Sequence record: SRR20825006_1863
Reading direction: 5' to 3' (one strand)
DNA length: 33,945 nt
Shown here piece by piece: positions 1 to 10,480 of the stretch (positions are counted from its first letter, which is position 1; each line of letters begins with the position of its first letter). The notes under the pieces were generated by a model. That model was not told where the DNA came from. It did not search any database and was given only the letters and a program-made list of their open reading frames with translations. Both the position numbers and the translations under genes were made by a program.

Positions 1-1111
1 CAAGACCAACATGGACGAGTTCGCCATGGGCTCCTCCAATGAAACCAGCTACTACGGCCCGGTGAAGAATCCGTGGGACCTGGAACGGGTTCCCGGCGGC
101 TCATCCGGCGGCGCCGCTGCCTGCCTGGGTGCCCGCCTGGCCCCTGGCGCCACCGGCACCGACACCGGCGGCTCTATCCGCCAGCCCGCTGCCCTGAACA
201 ACATTACCGGCCTCAAGCCCACCTACGGGCGGGTGTCCCGCTGGGGCATGATTGCCTTTGCATCCAGCCTGGATCAGGCCGGCCCCATGGCCCAGAGCGC
301 CGAAGACTGCGCGCTCATGCTGCAAGCCATGGCAGGGCACGATCATCGCGACTCCACCAGCCTCAACGAAAAGGTGGGCGATTACCTGGGCGCCCTGAAA
401 GACGACATCAGCGGCCTGACCATCGGCATCCCGGAAGAATTTTTCCCGGATACCCTGGATGGTGCCATCGCCGATAACAGCCGTGACGCCATTCGCGAAC
501 TGGAAAAACTCGGCGCCAAGGTGGTGTCCGTGTCCCTGCCCAGCATCAAGCTGTCGGTGCCGGCCTACTATGTGATTGCCCCGGCAGAAGCCAGCGCCAA
601 CCTCAGCCGCTTTGACGGCGTGCGTTTCGGCCATCGCTGTGACGACCCTCAAGACCTGGAAGACCTGTACAAGCGCTCCCGCTCCGAAGGATTTGGCGAC
701 GAAGTAAAACGCCGCATCCTGGTCGGCGCCTACGCCTTGTCCGCCGGTTACTACGACGCCTACTACCGCCGCGCCCAGCAAGTGCGTCGCCTGATCCGCG
801 ACGACTTCGCCCGCGCCTTTGAAAAAGTGGACGTACTGATGGGCCCCACGGCCCCGGAAACCGCTTTCAAGCTCGGCGCAAAAAAGGACGATCCGGTCAG
901 CATGTATATGGCCGACGTGTTCACCATCGGCGTCAACCTGGCAGGCCTTCCCGCGCTATCCATGCCGACAGGTTTCATCAACGGCCTGCCCACCGGCACC
1001 CAGATCATCGGCAATTATTTCCATGAGGGGCAGATTCTCAACGTGGCCCACAAATATCAGCAGGCCACGGACTGGCACAAGCAAGCGCCAGCGTTTGGAG
1101 GTGCACAATGA
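1..1111 (+). CDS. gatA: Asp-tRNA(Asn)/Glu-tRNA(Gln) amidotransferase subunit A, 5'-truncated by the window edge
   Basis: Frame is open from base 2 ([12 protein letters not shown]). Amidase signature PGGSSGG...[12 protein letters not shown], GatA-type RFDGVRFG and [19 protein letters not shown]; overlaps gatB (ATGA). Confidence 0.97.
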   Translation, partial: KTNMDEFAMGSSNETSYYGPVKNPWDLERVPGGSSGGAAACLGARLAPGATGTDTGGSIRQPAALNNITGLKPTYGRVSRWGMIAFASSLDQAGPMAQSAEDCALMLQAMAGHDHRDSTSLNEKVGDYLGALKDDISGLTIGIPEEFFPDTLDGAIADNSRDAIRELEKLGAKVVSVSLPSIKLSVPAYYVIAPAEASANLSRFDGVRFGHRCDDPQDLEDLYKRSRSEGFGDEVKRRILVGAYALSAGYYDAYYRRAQQVRRLIRDDFARAFEKVDVLMGPTAPETAFKLGAKKDDPVSMYMADVFTIGVNLAGLPALSMPTGFINGLPTGTQIIGNYFHEGQILNVAHKYQQATDWHKQAPAFGGAQ

Positions 1112-2547
1112 GTTGGGAAGTGGTTATCGGTCTGGAAGTGCACGTCCAGCTCAACACCGCCAGCAAACTGTTCTCTGGCAGCAAGCTGTCCACCGGCGCA
1201 GAACCGAACACCCAGGCATCACTGGTTGATCTGGGCCTGCCTGGCACCTTGCCCGTGGTGAACCGGGAAGCGGTACGCAAGGCTGCCTTGTTCGGCCTGG
1301 CCATCAATGCCGACATCTGCCGTCACAGTGTTTTTGAACGGAAAAACTATTTTTATCCAGATCTTCCGAAAGGGTATCAAACTACTCAGCTAGCCGAGCC
1401 CATTGTCGGTGCTGGCGTCGTGGAAATTCAGCTGGAAAGCGGTGAAAAGAAGAATGTGCGCATCCACCACGCACATCTGGAAGAAGACGCAGGAAAATCC
1501 CTGCACGAAGACTTCCATGGCATGACCGGCATCGACCTGAACCGGGCCGGCACGCCGCTGATCGAAGTGGTCAGTGAACCAGACATGGCCAACGCCGAAG
1601 AAGCCGTGGCCTTTGCCCGCAAGTTGCACGCCATCGTCACCTCCATCGGCATCTGCGATGGCGACATGTCCCAGGGCAACATGCGCTTCGATGTGAACAT
1701 TTCCGTTCGCAAACCCGGCGAGCCACTGGGCACCCGCACCGAAACCAAAAACCTCAACTCTTTCCGCTTCATGGAAAAGGCCATCGCGCTGGAAGTAGAA
1801 CGGCAGATTGACGTTCTGGAAGATGGCGGCGAAATCGTTCAGGAAACCCGCCTTTACAATGGCGACACGCACACCGCCCGCTCCATGCGCAGCAAGGAAG
1901 ACGCCAACGACTACCGTTACTTCCCCTGCCCGGACCTGTTGCCCGTCGCGATTACCGATGCCGACATCGAAGAACTGAAAGCTGCCATGCCCGAGTTACC
2001 GGATTCTCGCAAAGCACGCTTCATCAACGACTATCAGCTGTCAGAGTACGATGCAGACCTGTTGTCCGGCTCCATCGCCACTGCCGCGTTCTTCGAAGCA
2101 GCCGCCAAAGCCGGCGGTGACGCCAAGCTGGCCGCCAACTGGGTCATGGGTGAACTCGCCGCCAAGCTGAACGCCGAAGAAAAAGATATTGCCGGCAGCC
2201 CGGTTAGTGCCGAACAGCTGGGCCAGCTGATTGCTCGACTGAAAGACGGCACCATCAGTTCGAAAATCGCCAAACAGGTATTCGAAGCCTGCTGGGCCGG
2301 CGAAGGCAACCCGGACGACATCATTGAAGCCAAGGGCCTCAAACAGATGAGCGACACCGGCGAACTGGAAAAAATTGTCGATGACATCATCGCCAACAAC
2401 GCCGCTCAAGTGGACGATTACCGTAACTCTGACGACGCCAAGAAAAAGAAAAAAATCGGCTTCTTTGTGGGCCAGGCCATGAAGGCCACACAGGGCAAAG
2501 CCAACCCACAACAACTGAACAAACTGTTGCAGGAGAAACTGCAATGA
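1108..2547 (+). CDS. gatB: Asp-tRNA(Asn)/Glu-tRNA(Gln) amidotransferase subunit B
   Basis: [55 protein letters not shown] motifs; C-terminal YqeY-like [17 protein letters not shown] upstream. Confidence 0.98.
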   Translation: MSWEVVIGLEVHVQLNTASKLFSGSKLSTGAEPNTQASLVDLGLPGTLPVVNREAVRKAALFGLAINADICRHSVFERKNYFYPDLPKGYQTTQLAEPIVGAGVVEIQLESGEKKNVRIHHAHLEEDAGKSLHEDFHGMTGIDLNRAGTPLIEVVSEPDMANAEEAVAFARKLHAIVTSIGICDGDMSQGNMRFDVNISVRKPGEPLGTRTETKNLNSFRFMEKAIALEVERQIDVLEDGGEIVQETRLYNGDTHTARSMRSKEDANDYRYFPCPDLLPVAITDADIEELKAAMPELPDSRKARFINDYQLSEYDADLLSGSIATAAFFEAAAKAGGDAKLAANWVMGELAAKLNAEEKDIAGSPVSAEQLGQLIARLKDGTISSKIAKQVFEACWAGEGNPDDIIEAKGLKQMSDTGELEKIVDDIIANNAAQVDDYRNSDDAKKKKKIGFFVGQAMKATQGKANPQQLNKLLQEKLQ

Positions 2548-3356
2548 GCCTGATCCATGACCGGGTAAAATTGGAAAAGAAAGACGGCATTGCCTACGTC
2601 ACCCTGAGCCGACCCGATAAATATAACGGCCTGGATTTCCCGATGATGGAAGGACTGGTGGAAACCGCCCGCCTGATTCGCAAGGACCGTGAATTACGCG
2701 CCGTTATTCTTCAGGGCGACGGCAAGGCATTCTGTGCCGGACTGGATTTCGGCACCGTCATGAAGCAGCCGGTAAAACTGCTGCGCAGTTTCACCAAATA
2801 CGGCATCAAGAAAACCAATCTTTTTCAGGAAGTGTGCTGGTGCTGGCGCGAACTGCCCATCCCGGTGATCGCCGTGCTGCACGGCTACTGCTACGGCGGC
2901 GGCATGCAGATTGCGCTGGCAGCGGATTTTCGCATCACCACCCCGGACTGCGAAATGTCCATCATGGAAATCAAGTGGGGGATGATTCCCGACATGACAG
3001 GCACCGTGACCCTGCGTGAGCTGGTACCCATGGACGTGGCCAAGGAACTGACCATGACCGGGCGTTTGTTCACCGGTGACGAAGCCAAAACCATGAACCT
3101 GGTCACCCGCGTGGCAGCCAACCCCCTGGAAGAAGCTGAAAAACTGGCACAGGCGATCAAGACCCGCTCACCGGATGCCATCAGCGCCAGCAAGGCCCTG
3201 TTTCAGCAAAGCTGGAACGTGCCGGAAGCCCAGGCTTTCGACGTAGAAAGCAAACTGCAATTCAAAATGCTGCGCAGCAAAAACCAGCGCCGCGCCATGC
3301 AGGCCAACATGAAAAAAGAAGCGCCAACATTCGGCCCTCGCGAACGGGATTACTGA
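2544..3356 (+). CDS. Crotonase/enoyl-CoA hydratase family protein
   Basis: AFCAGLD oxyanion motif, [21 protein letters not shown]; start overlaps the gatB stop. Confidence 0.92.
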   Translation: MSLIHDRVKLEKKDGIAYVTLSRPDKYNGLDFPMMEGLVETARLIRKDRELRAVILQGDGKAFCAGLDFGTVMKQPVKLLRSFTKYGIKKTNLFQEVCWCWRELPIPVIAVLHGYCYGGGMQIALAADFRITTPDCEMSIMEIKWGMIPDMTGTVTLRELVPMDVAKELTMTGRLFTGDEAKTMNLVTRVAANPLEEAEKLAQAIKTRSPDAISASKALFQQSWNVPEAQAFDVESKLQFKMLRSKNQRRAMQANMKKEAPTFGPRERDY

Positions 3357-3368
3357 ACCGATTCGCAC

Positions 3369-3397
3369 GCACCGGGGCGCCTTGCCCCGGTGTCTTT
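3369..3397 (+). terminator. Probable intrinsic terminator after the gat operon
   Basis: GCACCGGGGC-gcctt-GCCCCGGTGT stem followed by a short CTTT tract. Confidence 0.6.
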
Positions 3398-3488
3398 CCC
3401 TCCTCATCGATCTGCCAAGCGAGTCCTGTTTCCTCTCGGGATCTTGCGGCATACTCAATGCAGAAACCGACCATTATTGAGGCAGCGT

Positions 3489-4271
3489 ATGATTTCTGTA
3501 GCCGAAGCCAGCGGCGGCTTTTCCGCCCTGACCCGCCTGTACAAACGTCTCGTCAACGAACTGATCGGTCAGCTACCGCTGCAGCCACAAACCCTGCCCC
3601 TGGCACCCACGGACGATGCCTTGAAATTCGGCATGTGTCGCGACACCACCTATGTGGTGAAAGGCGGCATGCTGGGCATGCGTTGTCAGGACCGCAAGCT
3701 GTTCACTTGGGACGAAGGCGATCTGATTCTGCCCGACGCCGGCAACGATGAAATTACCTACTACGCGGAAAGCTCCGTGCTGCTCGGGGCCTACCCCACT
3801 GTCGAACTGGTGGATGCGGTTCTCGCCGATGACCAGATGGCACGGCTGTGGACCCGGATTCTTACCACCCAGCAAGGCATGCTGACACGGCTTCTCGCTG
3901 CCCATGTTCCCGAAGAGCACCACACCACACCGGGCTTCGCCTATTTTGAGCCCGGCAACATCATCATTCACCAGGGCGAGCCCGCCGACTATGTCTTCAG
4001 CCTGTTCGAAGGTGAAGCGGATGTGCTGGTGGATAATGTGGTCGTCGGTCATGTCAGCGAAGGGGAAGTGCTCGGCGCCATCGCCCTGCTCACGCATTCA
4101 CCACGCAGCGCCACGGTGCGGGCAAAATCACGCTGCTCGGTGGTCAAGGTTCCCAAGCACCAGTTCAAGAACCTGATCCGCACCAATCCGGGCATGATCC
4201 ACAGCCTGCTGACAGACATGGCCCGGCAGGTAAAATCATTGAATGGTCAGGTGGTGGAATTGTCGGCCTAA
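3489..4271 (+). CDS. Cyclic nucleotide-binding domain protein (degenerate N-terminal domain plus C-terminal cNMP domain, no obvious HTH)
   Basis: IIHQGEPADYVF..EG.ADV and GEVLGAIALL..SPRSATVRA fit the cNMP-binding beta-roll. ATG 3489 follows GAGG and is preferred over the ORF start at 3390. Confidence 0.85.
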   Translation: MISVAEASGGFSALTRLYKRLVNELIGQLPLQPQTLPLAPTDDALKFGMCRDTTYVVKGGMLGMRCQDRKLFTWDEGDLILPDAGNDEITYYAESSVLLGAYPTVELVDAVLADDQMARLWTRILTTQQGMLTRLLAAHVPEEHHTTPGFAYFEPGNIIIHQGEPADYVFSLFEGEADVLVDNVVVGHVSEGEVLGAIALLTHSPRSATVRAKSRCSVVKVPKHQFKNLIRTNPGMIHSLLTDMARQVKSLNGQVVELSA

Positions 4272-4337
4272 TCCGGCGACGTTCGCCTCCAGGCCCGAAA
4301 ACGCAACCTCAGCAACCCCCAGGGAGGGCGGCTCACC

Positions 4338-4478
4338 ATGAAACATCTCATCGGATGGGCGTTTCTGATTATGGTCATTGTTCTGGTTCTGATTGGCGTC
4401 ATGGCGGAGGACCCGCCGATCATGGCCGAAGGCATGCAGGACACGCCGGCCGCCACGGAGTATCAGCCCGGCAACTGA
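4338..4478 (+). CDS. Small (46 aa) predicted membrane/exported protein, not in the ORF track
   Basis: MKHLIGWAFLIMVIVLVLIGVMAEDPPIMAEGMQDTPAATEYQPGN*; AGGGAGG RBS upstream; hydrophobic run of ~19 aa; overlaps the moeB 3' end convergently by 16 bp. Confidence 0.65.
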   Translation: MKHLIGWAFLIMVIVLVLIGVMAEDPPIMAEGMQDTPAATEYQPGN

Positions 4479-5218
4479 CGCGCCGCGCAAACCGGGCATT
4501 GAGGATCACGGGGAATCGCCACCTGGCGCCAACTCAGCGTCCGGCCGTCAAACAAATGCAGCACCGATGCCAGCGCGGCACCGGACAGCGTTCTTATGGC
4601 AGCCAGAGCCTGCAAGGTTCCGACCACACCGACCACCGGCCCGAGAATCCCCGCCTCACTACAGGCCAGGTCACCGTCCGTGCCGCCACCGTACACACAG
4701 GCGTAGCAGGGGCTGTCCGCTGCGCGCAAATCAAACACCGCCAACTGGCCATCCATACGAATAGCCGCGCCACTGACCAGCGGTCTGGCATGGGCCACAC
4801 AGGCACGGTTGATGGCCTGTCGAGTGACGAAGTTATCAGTGCAATCGAGCACCAGAGTCGCCTCTGCGACGGCGTCGTCCAGCCAGGCATCATCCACGCG
4901 CACCACCACCGAGCGCACGTCCACATCCGCGTTCAATAGTTGCAGCTGATCACGTAGCGCCTCGGCTTTGGGTTGGCGGACCTGGTCACCGCGAAACGCC
5001 ACCTGCCGGTGCAGATTGCTCAGTTCCACCCGGTCGTCATCCGCCAGCACCAGCTGCCCGACACCAGCGCCCGCAAGATATAACGCCGCCGGATTGGCCA
5101 GGCCACCACAACCGACGATCAATACCCGGGCGGCTGCCAGCGCCTCCTGCCCGTCCAGATCCAGTTCATCCACCATTAATTGGCGGCTGTAGCGATTGAG
5201 TTGCTCGTCGTTAAACAT
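4463..5218 (-). CDS. moeB: MoeB/ThiF/HesA family adenylyltransferase
   Basis: RYSRQ, GCGGLA, D.D.VELSNLHRQ, DCTDN, CYAC and CPVC zinc motifs; downstream of prmC. Start MFNDEQ at 5218. Confidence 0.88.
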   Translation of the reverse strand: MFNDEQLNRYSRQLMVDELDLDGQEALAAARVLIVGCGGLANPAALYLAGAGVGQLVLADDDRVELSNLHRQVAFRGDQVRQPKAEALRDQLQLLNADVDVRSVVVRVDDAWLDDAVAEATLVLDCTDNFVTRQAINRACVAHARPLVSGAAIRMDGQLAVFDLRAADSPCYACVYGGGTDGDLACSEAGILGPVVGVVGTLQALAAIRTLSGAALASVLHLFDGRTLSWRQVAIPRDPQCPVCAARQLPG

Positions 5219-5228
5219 GGAAAGACTC

Positions 5229-5259
5229 GCTGCATACAACACGCTTCACGCTGACACGC
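5229..5259. repeat. Solo heptamer-array arm (GCTGCAT ACAACAC GCTTCAC GCTGACAC GC)
   Basis: 7-bp periodic GCnnCAH units matching the arms at 13126, 14634 and 20267; ends 10 nt before the moeB start on the minus strand. Confidence 0.8.
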
Positions 5260-5316
5260 AAAGCCGGTCTACAAAAGTGGCGGCAGAACCCGGAATGATC
5301 GCAAGCCGGCTTTCGC

Positions 5317-6144
5317 CTACACCGGGTGCTGCCCAAAGGTGACCCGGTCGTTGCCACCCAGATCCTGTGCCGTACCGACCTGCACGAAGCCGGCCTGCGC
5401 CAACAAGGTACGCACGGCCTCTCCCTGCTCAAACCCATGCTCCAGCAACAGCCAGCCGCCAGCAACCAATTTGCCTGTTGCCTGCTGCACAATTGCAGCC
5501 AGATCCGCCAGCCCGTTATTGGGCGCGACCAGCGCCGAGCGCGGCTCGAAACGCACATCGCCTTCACCCAGGTGATGGTCATTTTCTTCGATATAAGGGG
5601 GGTTGCTAACGATTAGCTCAAACGGCCCTGAGCAGGGCGACAACCAGCTACCCGGCAGGCAAGTCACCGCAGCGCCAAGCCGGCGCGCGTTATCCCCCGC
5701 CACCTGTAAGGCGGCCTCGCTGAGGTCCACCAGCGTGACATGCCAATCCGGCTGCGCCAGCGCCAGAGACACCCCGATAGCCCCTGTTCCCGTACCCAAA
5801 TCCACAACGCGCGCCTGTGCCGGCAAATTCAGCGATAACGCTTTTTCCACCAGTATTTCCGTATCCGGACGAGGAATAAGGGTATCGGCAGTCACCCGAA
5901 AAGCGTGACCAAAAAACTCCCGCTCGCCGATTAAGTGCGCCACTGGTTCACCCTGAATACGGCGAGCCAACAAGGAAGAAAAACGCGATTGCTGCCGGGC
6001 ATCCAGCTCCCGTTCCGGCCAAGTGAACAGGTAGCTGCGTGCTTTCCCCAGCACATGACAAAGCAGGAGATCCGCGTCCAGTGCAGCGCTGGGCGAGTCG
6101 CTCAACCGACGACGCGCATCGCGCAGGGCCGCGTCAATGCGCAT
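5317..6144 (-). CDS. prmC: Release factor glutamine methyltransferase
   Basis: LIPRPDTE, DLGTGTGAI, SNPPY motifs; directly downstream of prfA. Confidence 0.97.
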   Translation of the reverse strand: MRIDAALRDARRRLSDSPSAALDADLLLCHVLGKARSYLFTWPERELDARQQSRFSSLLARRIQGEPVAHLIGEREFFGHAFRVTADTLIPRPDTEILVEKALSLNLPAQARVVDLGTGTGAIGVSLALAQPDWHVTLVDLSEAALQVAGDNARRLGAAVTCLPGSWLSPCSGPFELIVSNPPYIEENDHHLGEGDVRFEPRSALVAPNNGLADLAAIVQQATGKLVAGGWLLLEHGFEQGEAVRTLLAQAGFVQVGTAQDLGGNDRVTFGQHPV

Positions 6145-6149
6145 GGCGA

Positions 6150-7235
6150 TCAGTTCTCGCCCAACGCGGCCAATTGATCGGCCTGATATTCCGCCAGCAA
6201 GGCACCCAGCAGTTCATCCATGTCCCCCTCCATCATTTCGCCCAGGCGATACAGGGTCAGGTTGATGCGGTGGTCGGACACCCGGCCCTGCGGGTAGTTG
6301 TAGGTACGGATGCGCTCGGAGCGATCACCAGACCCCACCAGGGATTTACGCTCCGCCGCCTGCTCCGCGTGGGCTGCGTTCTGCTGGGCATCATAGAGTT
6401 TGGCGCTGAGCAGGCTCATTGCACGGGCCTTGTTCTTGTGCTGGCTGCGCTCATCCTGACACTCCACCACCACGCCGGTGGGCAGGTGCGTAATACGCAC
6501 GGCAGAATCGGTGGTGTTAACGTGCTGGCCACCGGCGCCGGAGGAGCGATAGGTATCGATACGCAGGTCTTCGTTGCGAATGGTGATATCCCCCAGTTGC
6601 TCGGCTTCCGCCATGATCGCCACCGTGCAGGCAGAGGTATGGATCCGCCCCTGGGATTCCGTGGCCGGCACACGTTGCACCCGGTGGGCACCGGATTCAA
6701 ATTTCATGCGCGAATAGACGCCCTCACCGATCACCCGCGCAATCACTTCCTTGTAGCCACCGTGCTCGCCCTCACTGGCGCTGACCATTTCCACTTTCCA
6801 GCCGCGTTGATCCGCATACTTGGAATACATGCGGAACAGGTCGCCGGCAAAAATGGCCGCTTCGTCGCCACCGGTGCCGGCGCGGACTTCGAGGAACACG
6901 TTGGCGCCGTCGCGAGGGTCTTTCGGCAGCATCAGTTTCTGCAGCTCTTCAGCAAGCTCCTCCATACGCGCCTGGGCATCACGGGCTTCTTCCGCGCCCA
7001 TTTCGCGCATATCCGGATCACTATCGTCCTGCATGGCCTTGGCCGCATCCAGATTGTCCGCCGCTTGCTGATACTCCTGATAGCATTTCACCACCGGATC
7101 GATTTCCGCGTACTCCCGGGACAAATCACGAAACTGGTTCTGATTGCCGATCACATCCGGGTCAGACAGCAATCCCGCCAGCTCTTCGAACCGGTCTGCG
7201 AGCTTGTCCAGCTTGCCTTGCAATGACGCTTTCAT
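6150..7235 (-). CDS. prfA: Peptide chain release factor 1
   Basis: [17 protein letters not shown] (PxT), GAGGQHVN (GGQ), [12 protein letters not shown]. Confidence 0.99.
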   Translation of the reverse strand: MKASLQGKLDKLADRFEELAGLLSDPDVIGNQNQFRDLSREYAEIDPVVKCYQEYQQAADNLDAAKAMQDDSDPDMREMGAEEARDAQARMEELAEELQKLMLPKDPRDGANVFLEVRAGTGGDEAAIFAGDLFRMYSKYADQRGWKVEMVSASEGEHGGYKEVIARVIGEGVYSRMKFESGAHRVQRVPATESQGRIHTSACTVAIMAEAEQLGDITIRNEDLRIDTYRSSGAGGQHVNTTDSAVRITHLPTGVVVECQDERSQHKNKARAMSLLSAKLYDAQQNAAHAEQAAERKSLVGSGDRSERIRTYNYPQGRVSDHRINLTLYRLGEMMEGDMDELLGALLAEYQADQLAALGEN

Positions 7236-7283
7236 AGAGTCCTCTAAAGCACCGTGCTTTATTCAGGGGTGTATTCGGGTGGG

Positions 7284-8558
7284 CTATTCGTTTTCTTCGG
7301 ACGAGGAACCCGGATTTTCGAGCAGCAATTCGCGGGCCAGCAACAGGGCCTCGGCGCGACCATCTGCCGCCATTTTTCGCAAGGTCACACTGGGCGTATG
7401 CAGCCACTTGTTAACCAGCGAATGCTGGAACTTGCGCAGCACCTGTTCCGCATCTCCACCATTGCGTAACTGCTGAAGGGCTTTTTCCAGTTCGCTCTCC
7501 GCCATGTTGGTGCGTTGCTCACGGTAGTCGCGCAACACCTTGACGGCATCCTGCTCACGGCGCTGGCGGCGATGACGCACGATGGCATCACGGATCAATT
7601 CCGAGGCTTCCTGGGCCGCCTGCTGACGGGCACGAACGTTTTCCTGAATGGCTTCCTGCAAGTGATCCACGGTGTACAGATAAACGTCGTCCAGCTCTCC
7701 CACCTCCGGTTCGATATCCCGTGGCACGGCAATATCCACCATGAACATGGGCCGGTGGCGACGTTTTTTCAGGGCCCGCTCGACCATGCCTTTGCCCAGA
7801 ATCGGCAACGGTGCAGCAGTACAGGAAATCAGGATATCGGCACTTTCCAGCGCCACCGGCAATTCTTCCAGGCTAATGCCCCGGCCACCCACGGCCGCCG
7901 CCAGCTCGCCCGCGCGCTCCTGGGTGCGGTTGGCAATGGTAATTTCCTGCACCTGCTGCTCGCCCAGGTGACGCGCCACCAGCTCGATCATTTCACCGGC
8001 ACCGATCAATAACGCCCGGCTTTTTTTCAGGTCCGCAAAGATGTGGCGCGCAAAGGATACCGCCGCGTAGGCCACCGATACCGGGTTGGCGCCGATGCCG
8101 GTTTCCGTGCGAATGCGTTTGGCCACCGAAAAAACTTCCTGGAACAGGCGCGACAGTTCGCCATTGAGCAGGCCCGCTTCGTGGGCACGGGCATAAGCCT
8201 CACGCATCTGCCCCAGGATCTGGGGCTCGCCCAGCACCAGCGAATCCAGGCCGCCCGCCACCCGCATCATATGCTCCAGCGCCTGCTCCCCGGAGTGCTG
8301 ATACAGCACCGTGGACAGCCGCTCGGCGGACAGGTTACGGCTCGAGGCCAGCCATTGGGTAAAATTCGGGGAAACGTCGTCGGTGAGGCAATACAGCTCG
8401 GTGCGATTACAGGTAGACAGCAACGCCGCCTCCCGCACACCGGGCATCTCACGCAAGCTGGCCAGCGCCGCTTCCGCCTGCTGCGTTGAAAACGCCAGAC
8501 GTTCGCGTAGCTCCACATCCGCGGTGGTGTGATTGACGCCAACAGCGACTAGATTCAT
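7284..8558 (-). CDS. hemA: Glutamyl-tRNA reductase
   Basis: GVNH.TA, LSTCNRTE, GLDSLVLGEPQILGQ, GAGEM, DIAVPRDI. Start MNLVAVG at 8558. Confidence 0.98.
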   Translation of the reverse strand: MNLVAVGVNHTTADVELRERLAFSTQQAEAALASLREMPGVREAALLSTCNRTELYCLTDDVSPNFTQWLASSRNLSAERLSTVLYQHSGEQALEHMMRVAGGLDSLVLGEPQILGQMREAYARAHEAGLLNGELSRLFQEVFSVAKRIRTETGIGANPVSVAYAAVSFARHIFADLKKSRALLIGAGEMIELVARHLGEQQVQEITIANRTQERAGELAAAVGGRGISLEELPVALESADILISCTAAPLPILGKGMVERALKKRRHRPMFMVDIAVPRDIEPEVGELDDVYLYTVDHLQEAIQENVRARQQAAQEASELIRDAIVRHRRQRREQDAVKVLRDYREQRTNMAESELEKALQQLRNGGDAEQVLRKFQHSLVNKWLHTPSVTLRKMAADGRAEALLLARELLLENPGSSSEENE

Positions 8559-8779
8559 ACATTCCTGTGCGCGCCAGTGGCAGCGCGCGATCGTGGCCAG
8601 CCCAAAACCCCGGAAAATGCCCGGGCGCAAGGGTGTGGCATTTTGCGCGAAAGCGCCTGCCAAAACAATGTCGGCCCGGAAAGCAAACCGGTATGGTGGC
8701 GCATACCACTTCACGGTTTGGGCAATGGCCAAGCGCTGTGCCATGATAGCCTAAACAGAAAACAGGCATACCTACCTTA

Positions 8780-10480
8780 ATGATCCGTTACGCGATTCTG
8801 CCGCTCTGCAGCGCACTCCTGATCCACGGCTGCGCCAGCCAGACCCCAGCTCCTGAGCCCACCCCGGAACCCACGGTGCCGGTGGCCAGCGCCCCAAATT
8901 ATGACAGCGAGACCCTGTCCGACCTGCTCGTGGCAGAAGTAGCAGCCCAGCGTCAATCCCTGGGCGTCACCCTCGGCTACTACAGTCAGGCGGCAGAAAG
9001 CACTCGCGACCCGGCTGTCATTAGCCAGGCGGCCCAGCTGGCCCACTATCTGGAAGATCCTCAGCAAGCCCTGGCCATGAGCGAACTCTGGCTGGAAACC
9101 ACGCCAGACAGCGAAGACGCCCTGCAAGTGGCCATCCTCTCGGAGATTCGCCTGGGCAACACCTCAGCGGCCACCCGGCATCTGGACCAGTTACTGAGCG
9201 CCCATGGCGAAGACGCCCTGGGCCGTCTGGTCAACCAGGCACGCGGCCTGGACGAACAAGGCAACCTGCAACTGGTCGAGGCCCTGGCCCAGCTCACCGA
9301 TCGCTATCCGGATCAGGCACCACTCTGGTACGCCCGCGCCCTGTGGCTTGAACACGAAAAACAGCCCGAACCGGCCCTGGACGCCACCGAGCGCACGCTC
9401 AAATTAATGCCCCGTCATGAAGATGCCCTGCTCCTCAAGGCGCAACTGCTCTACGAAACCGGCGAGCCCCAAAAAGCCCTTCGCCACCTGAAAAAGCTGG
9501 TCCGCAAATACCCGCAAGCGCGCCGCCCCCGCATCGCCTACGTGCGCATGCTGCTGGCCACCGGTCAACTGGAAGAAGCTGGCGAGCAACTCACCATCAT
9601 GGCAGAGCAAAACCCGCAGGATCTGGACCTGCGCTTCTCGCTGGCCCTGCTTGCCCTGGAGGCCGGCGCCAGCGATGCCGCCCAGACCCAACTGAACGTC
9701 CTGCTCGCACAGAACTATCGCCCCGACGATATTCATCTGTACCTGGCTCAGGCCGCCGAGCAGAAAATGGACACCGACAGCGCCATCGACCATTACCTGA
9801 AAGTCGGCGGCCCACAGGCCATACGTGCGCGGGTTCAAGCCGCACGCCTGCTCTACCAGCAAGGCAACACCAGCCAGGCCCACGCCCTGATGCGCAACCT
9901 GGCCCAGCAGCAACCGGAACTGCAGAACAGCCTGACCATCACCGAAGCGGAAATGCGCAGCAACAACGGCGATCCGCAAGGCGCCATCGCCCTGATCAGC
10001 GATGCATTGCGCGACCAGCCGGACAATACCGAGCTGCTCTACAGCCGGGCCATGACCGCTGAAAAGGTAGGCGACATGGCGCGCCTGGAAAAAGATCTCA
10101 AGCGCATCATCACACTGAACCCGGACGATGCCAGCGCTCTCAATGCCCTGGGCTACACCCTGGGTAACCGCACCGACCGTCTGGACGAAGCCTATCAATA
10201 CGTATCCCGGGCACTGGAACTGCGCCCCGACGACCCGGCCATTCTCGACTCCATGGGCTGGGTGCTCTACCAGCGCGGCGAGCCGGAAGCCGCCCGGGAC
10301 TACCTGCGGCGGGCCTATGAAAAATTCCCCGACCCGGAAGTCGCGGCTCACTATGGCGAAGTCCTGTGGGTTCTGGGCGCTCAGAACCAGGCCCGCCAGG
10401 TCTGGCGCGATGCACTGGAAAGCGACCCGGACGCCCCCCACATCCGTGAAGTCATGGAAAAACTCGGAGCCCGCCTGTGA
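8780..10480 (+). CDS. TPR-repeat lipoprotein
   Basis: Lipobox-like LIHGC, helical repeats, ALNALGYTL and ILDSMGWVLY TPR motifs; located between hemA and lolB. Confidence 0.9.
   Translation: MIRYAILPLCSALLIHGCASQTPAPEPTPEPTVPVASAPNYDSETLSDLLVAEVAAQRQSLGVTLGYYSQAAESTRDPAVISQAAQLAHYLEDPQQALAMSELWLETTPDSEDALQVAILSEIRLGNTSAATRHLDQLLSAHGEDALGRLVNQARGLDEQGNLQLVEALAQLTDRYPDQAPLWYARALWLEHEKQPEPALDATERTLKLMPRHEDALLLKAQLLYETGEPQKALRHLKKLVRKYPQARRPRIAYVRMLLATGQLEEAGEQLTIMAEQNPQDLDLRFSLALLALEAGASDAAQTQLNVLLAQNYRPDDIHLYLAQAAEQKMDTDSAIDHYLKVGGPQAIRARVQAARLLYQQGNTSQAHALMRNLAQQQPELQNSLTITEAEMRSNNGDPQGAIALISDALRDQPDNTELLYSRAMTAEKVGDMARLEKDLKRIITLNPDDASALNALGYTLGNRTDRLDEAYQYVSRALELRPDDPAILDSMGWVLYQRGEPEAARDYLRRAYEKFPDPEVAAHYGEVLWVLGAQNQARQVWRDALESDPDAPHIREVMEKLGARL

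Noticed and set aside
6039-7226. 395-aa + strand ORF antisense to prfA
   Set aside because: Shadow frame produced by codon bias of a conserved gene; no recognisable motifs.
9404-10441. 345-aa - strand ORF antisense to the TPR gene
   Set aside because: GC-rich shadow ORF with no domain signal.
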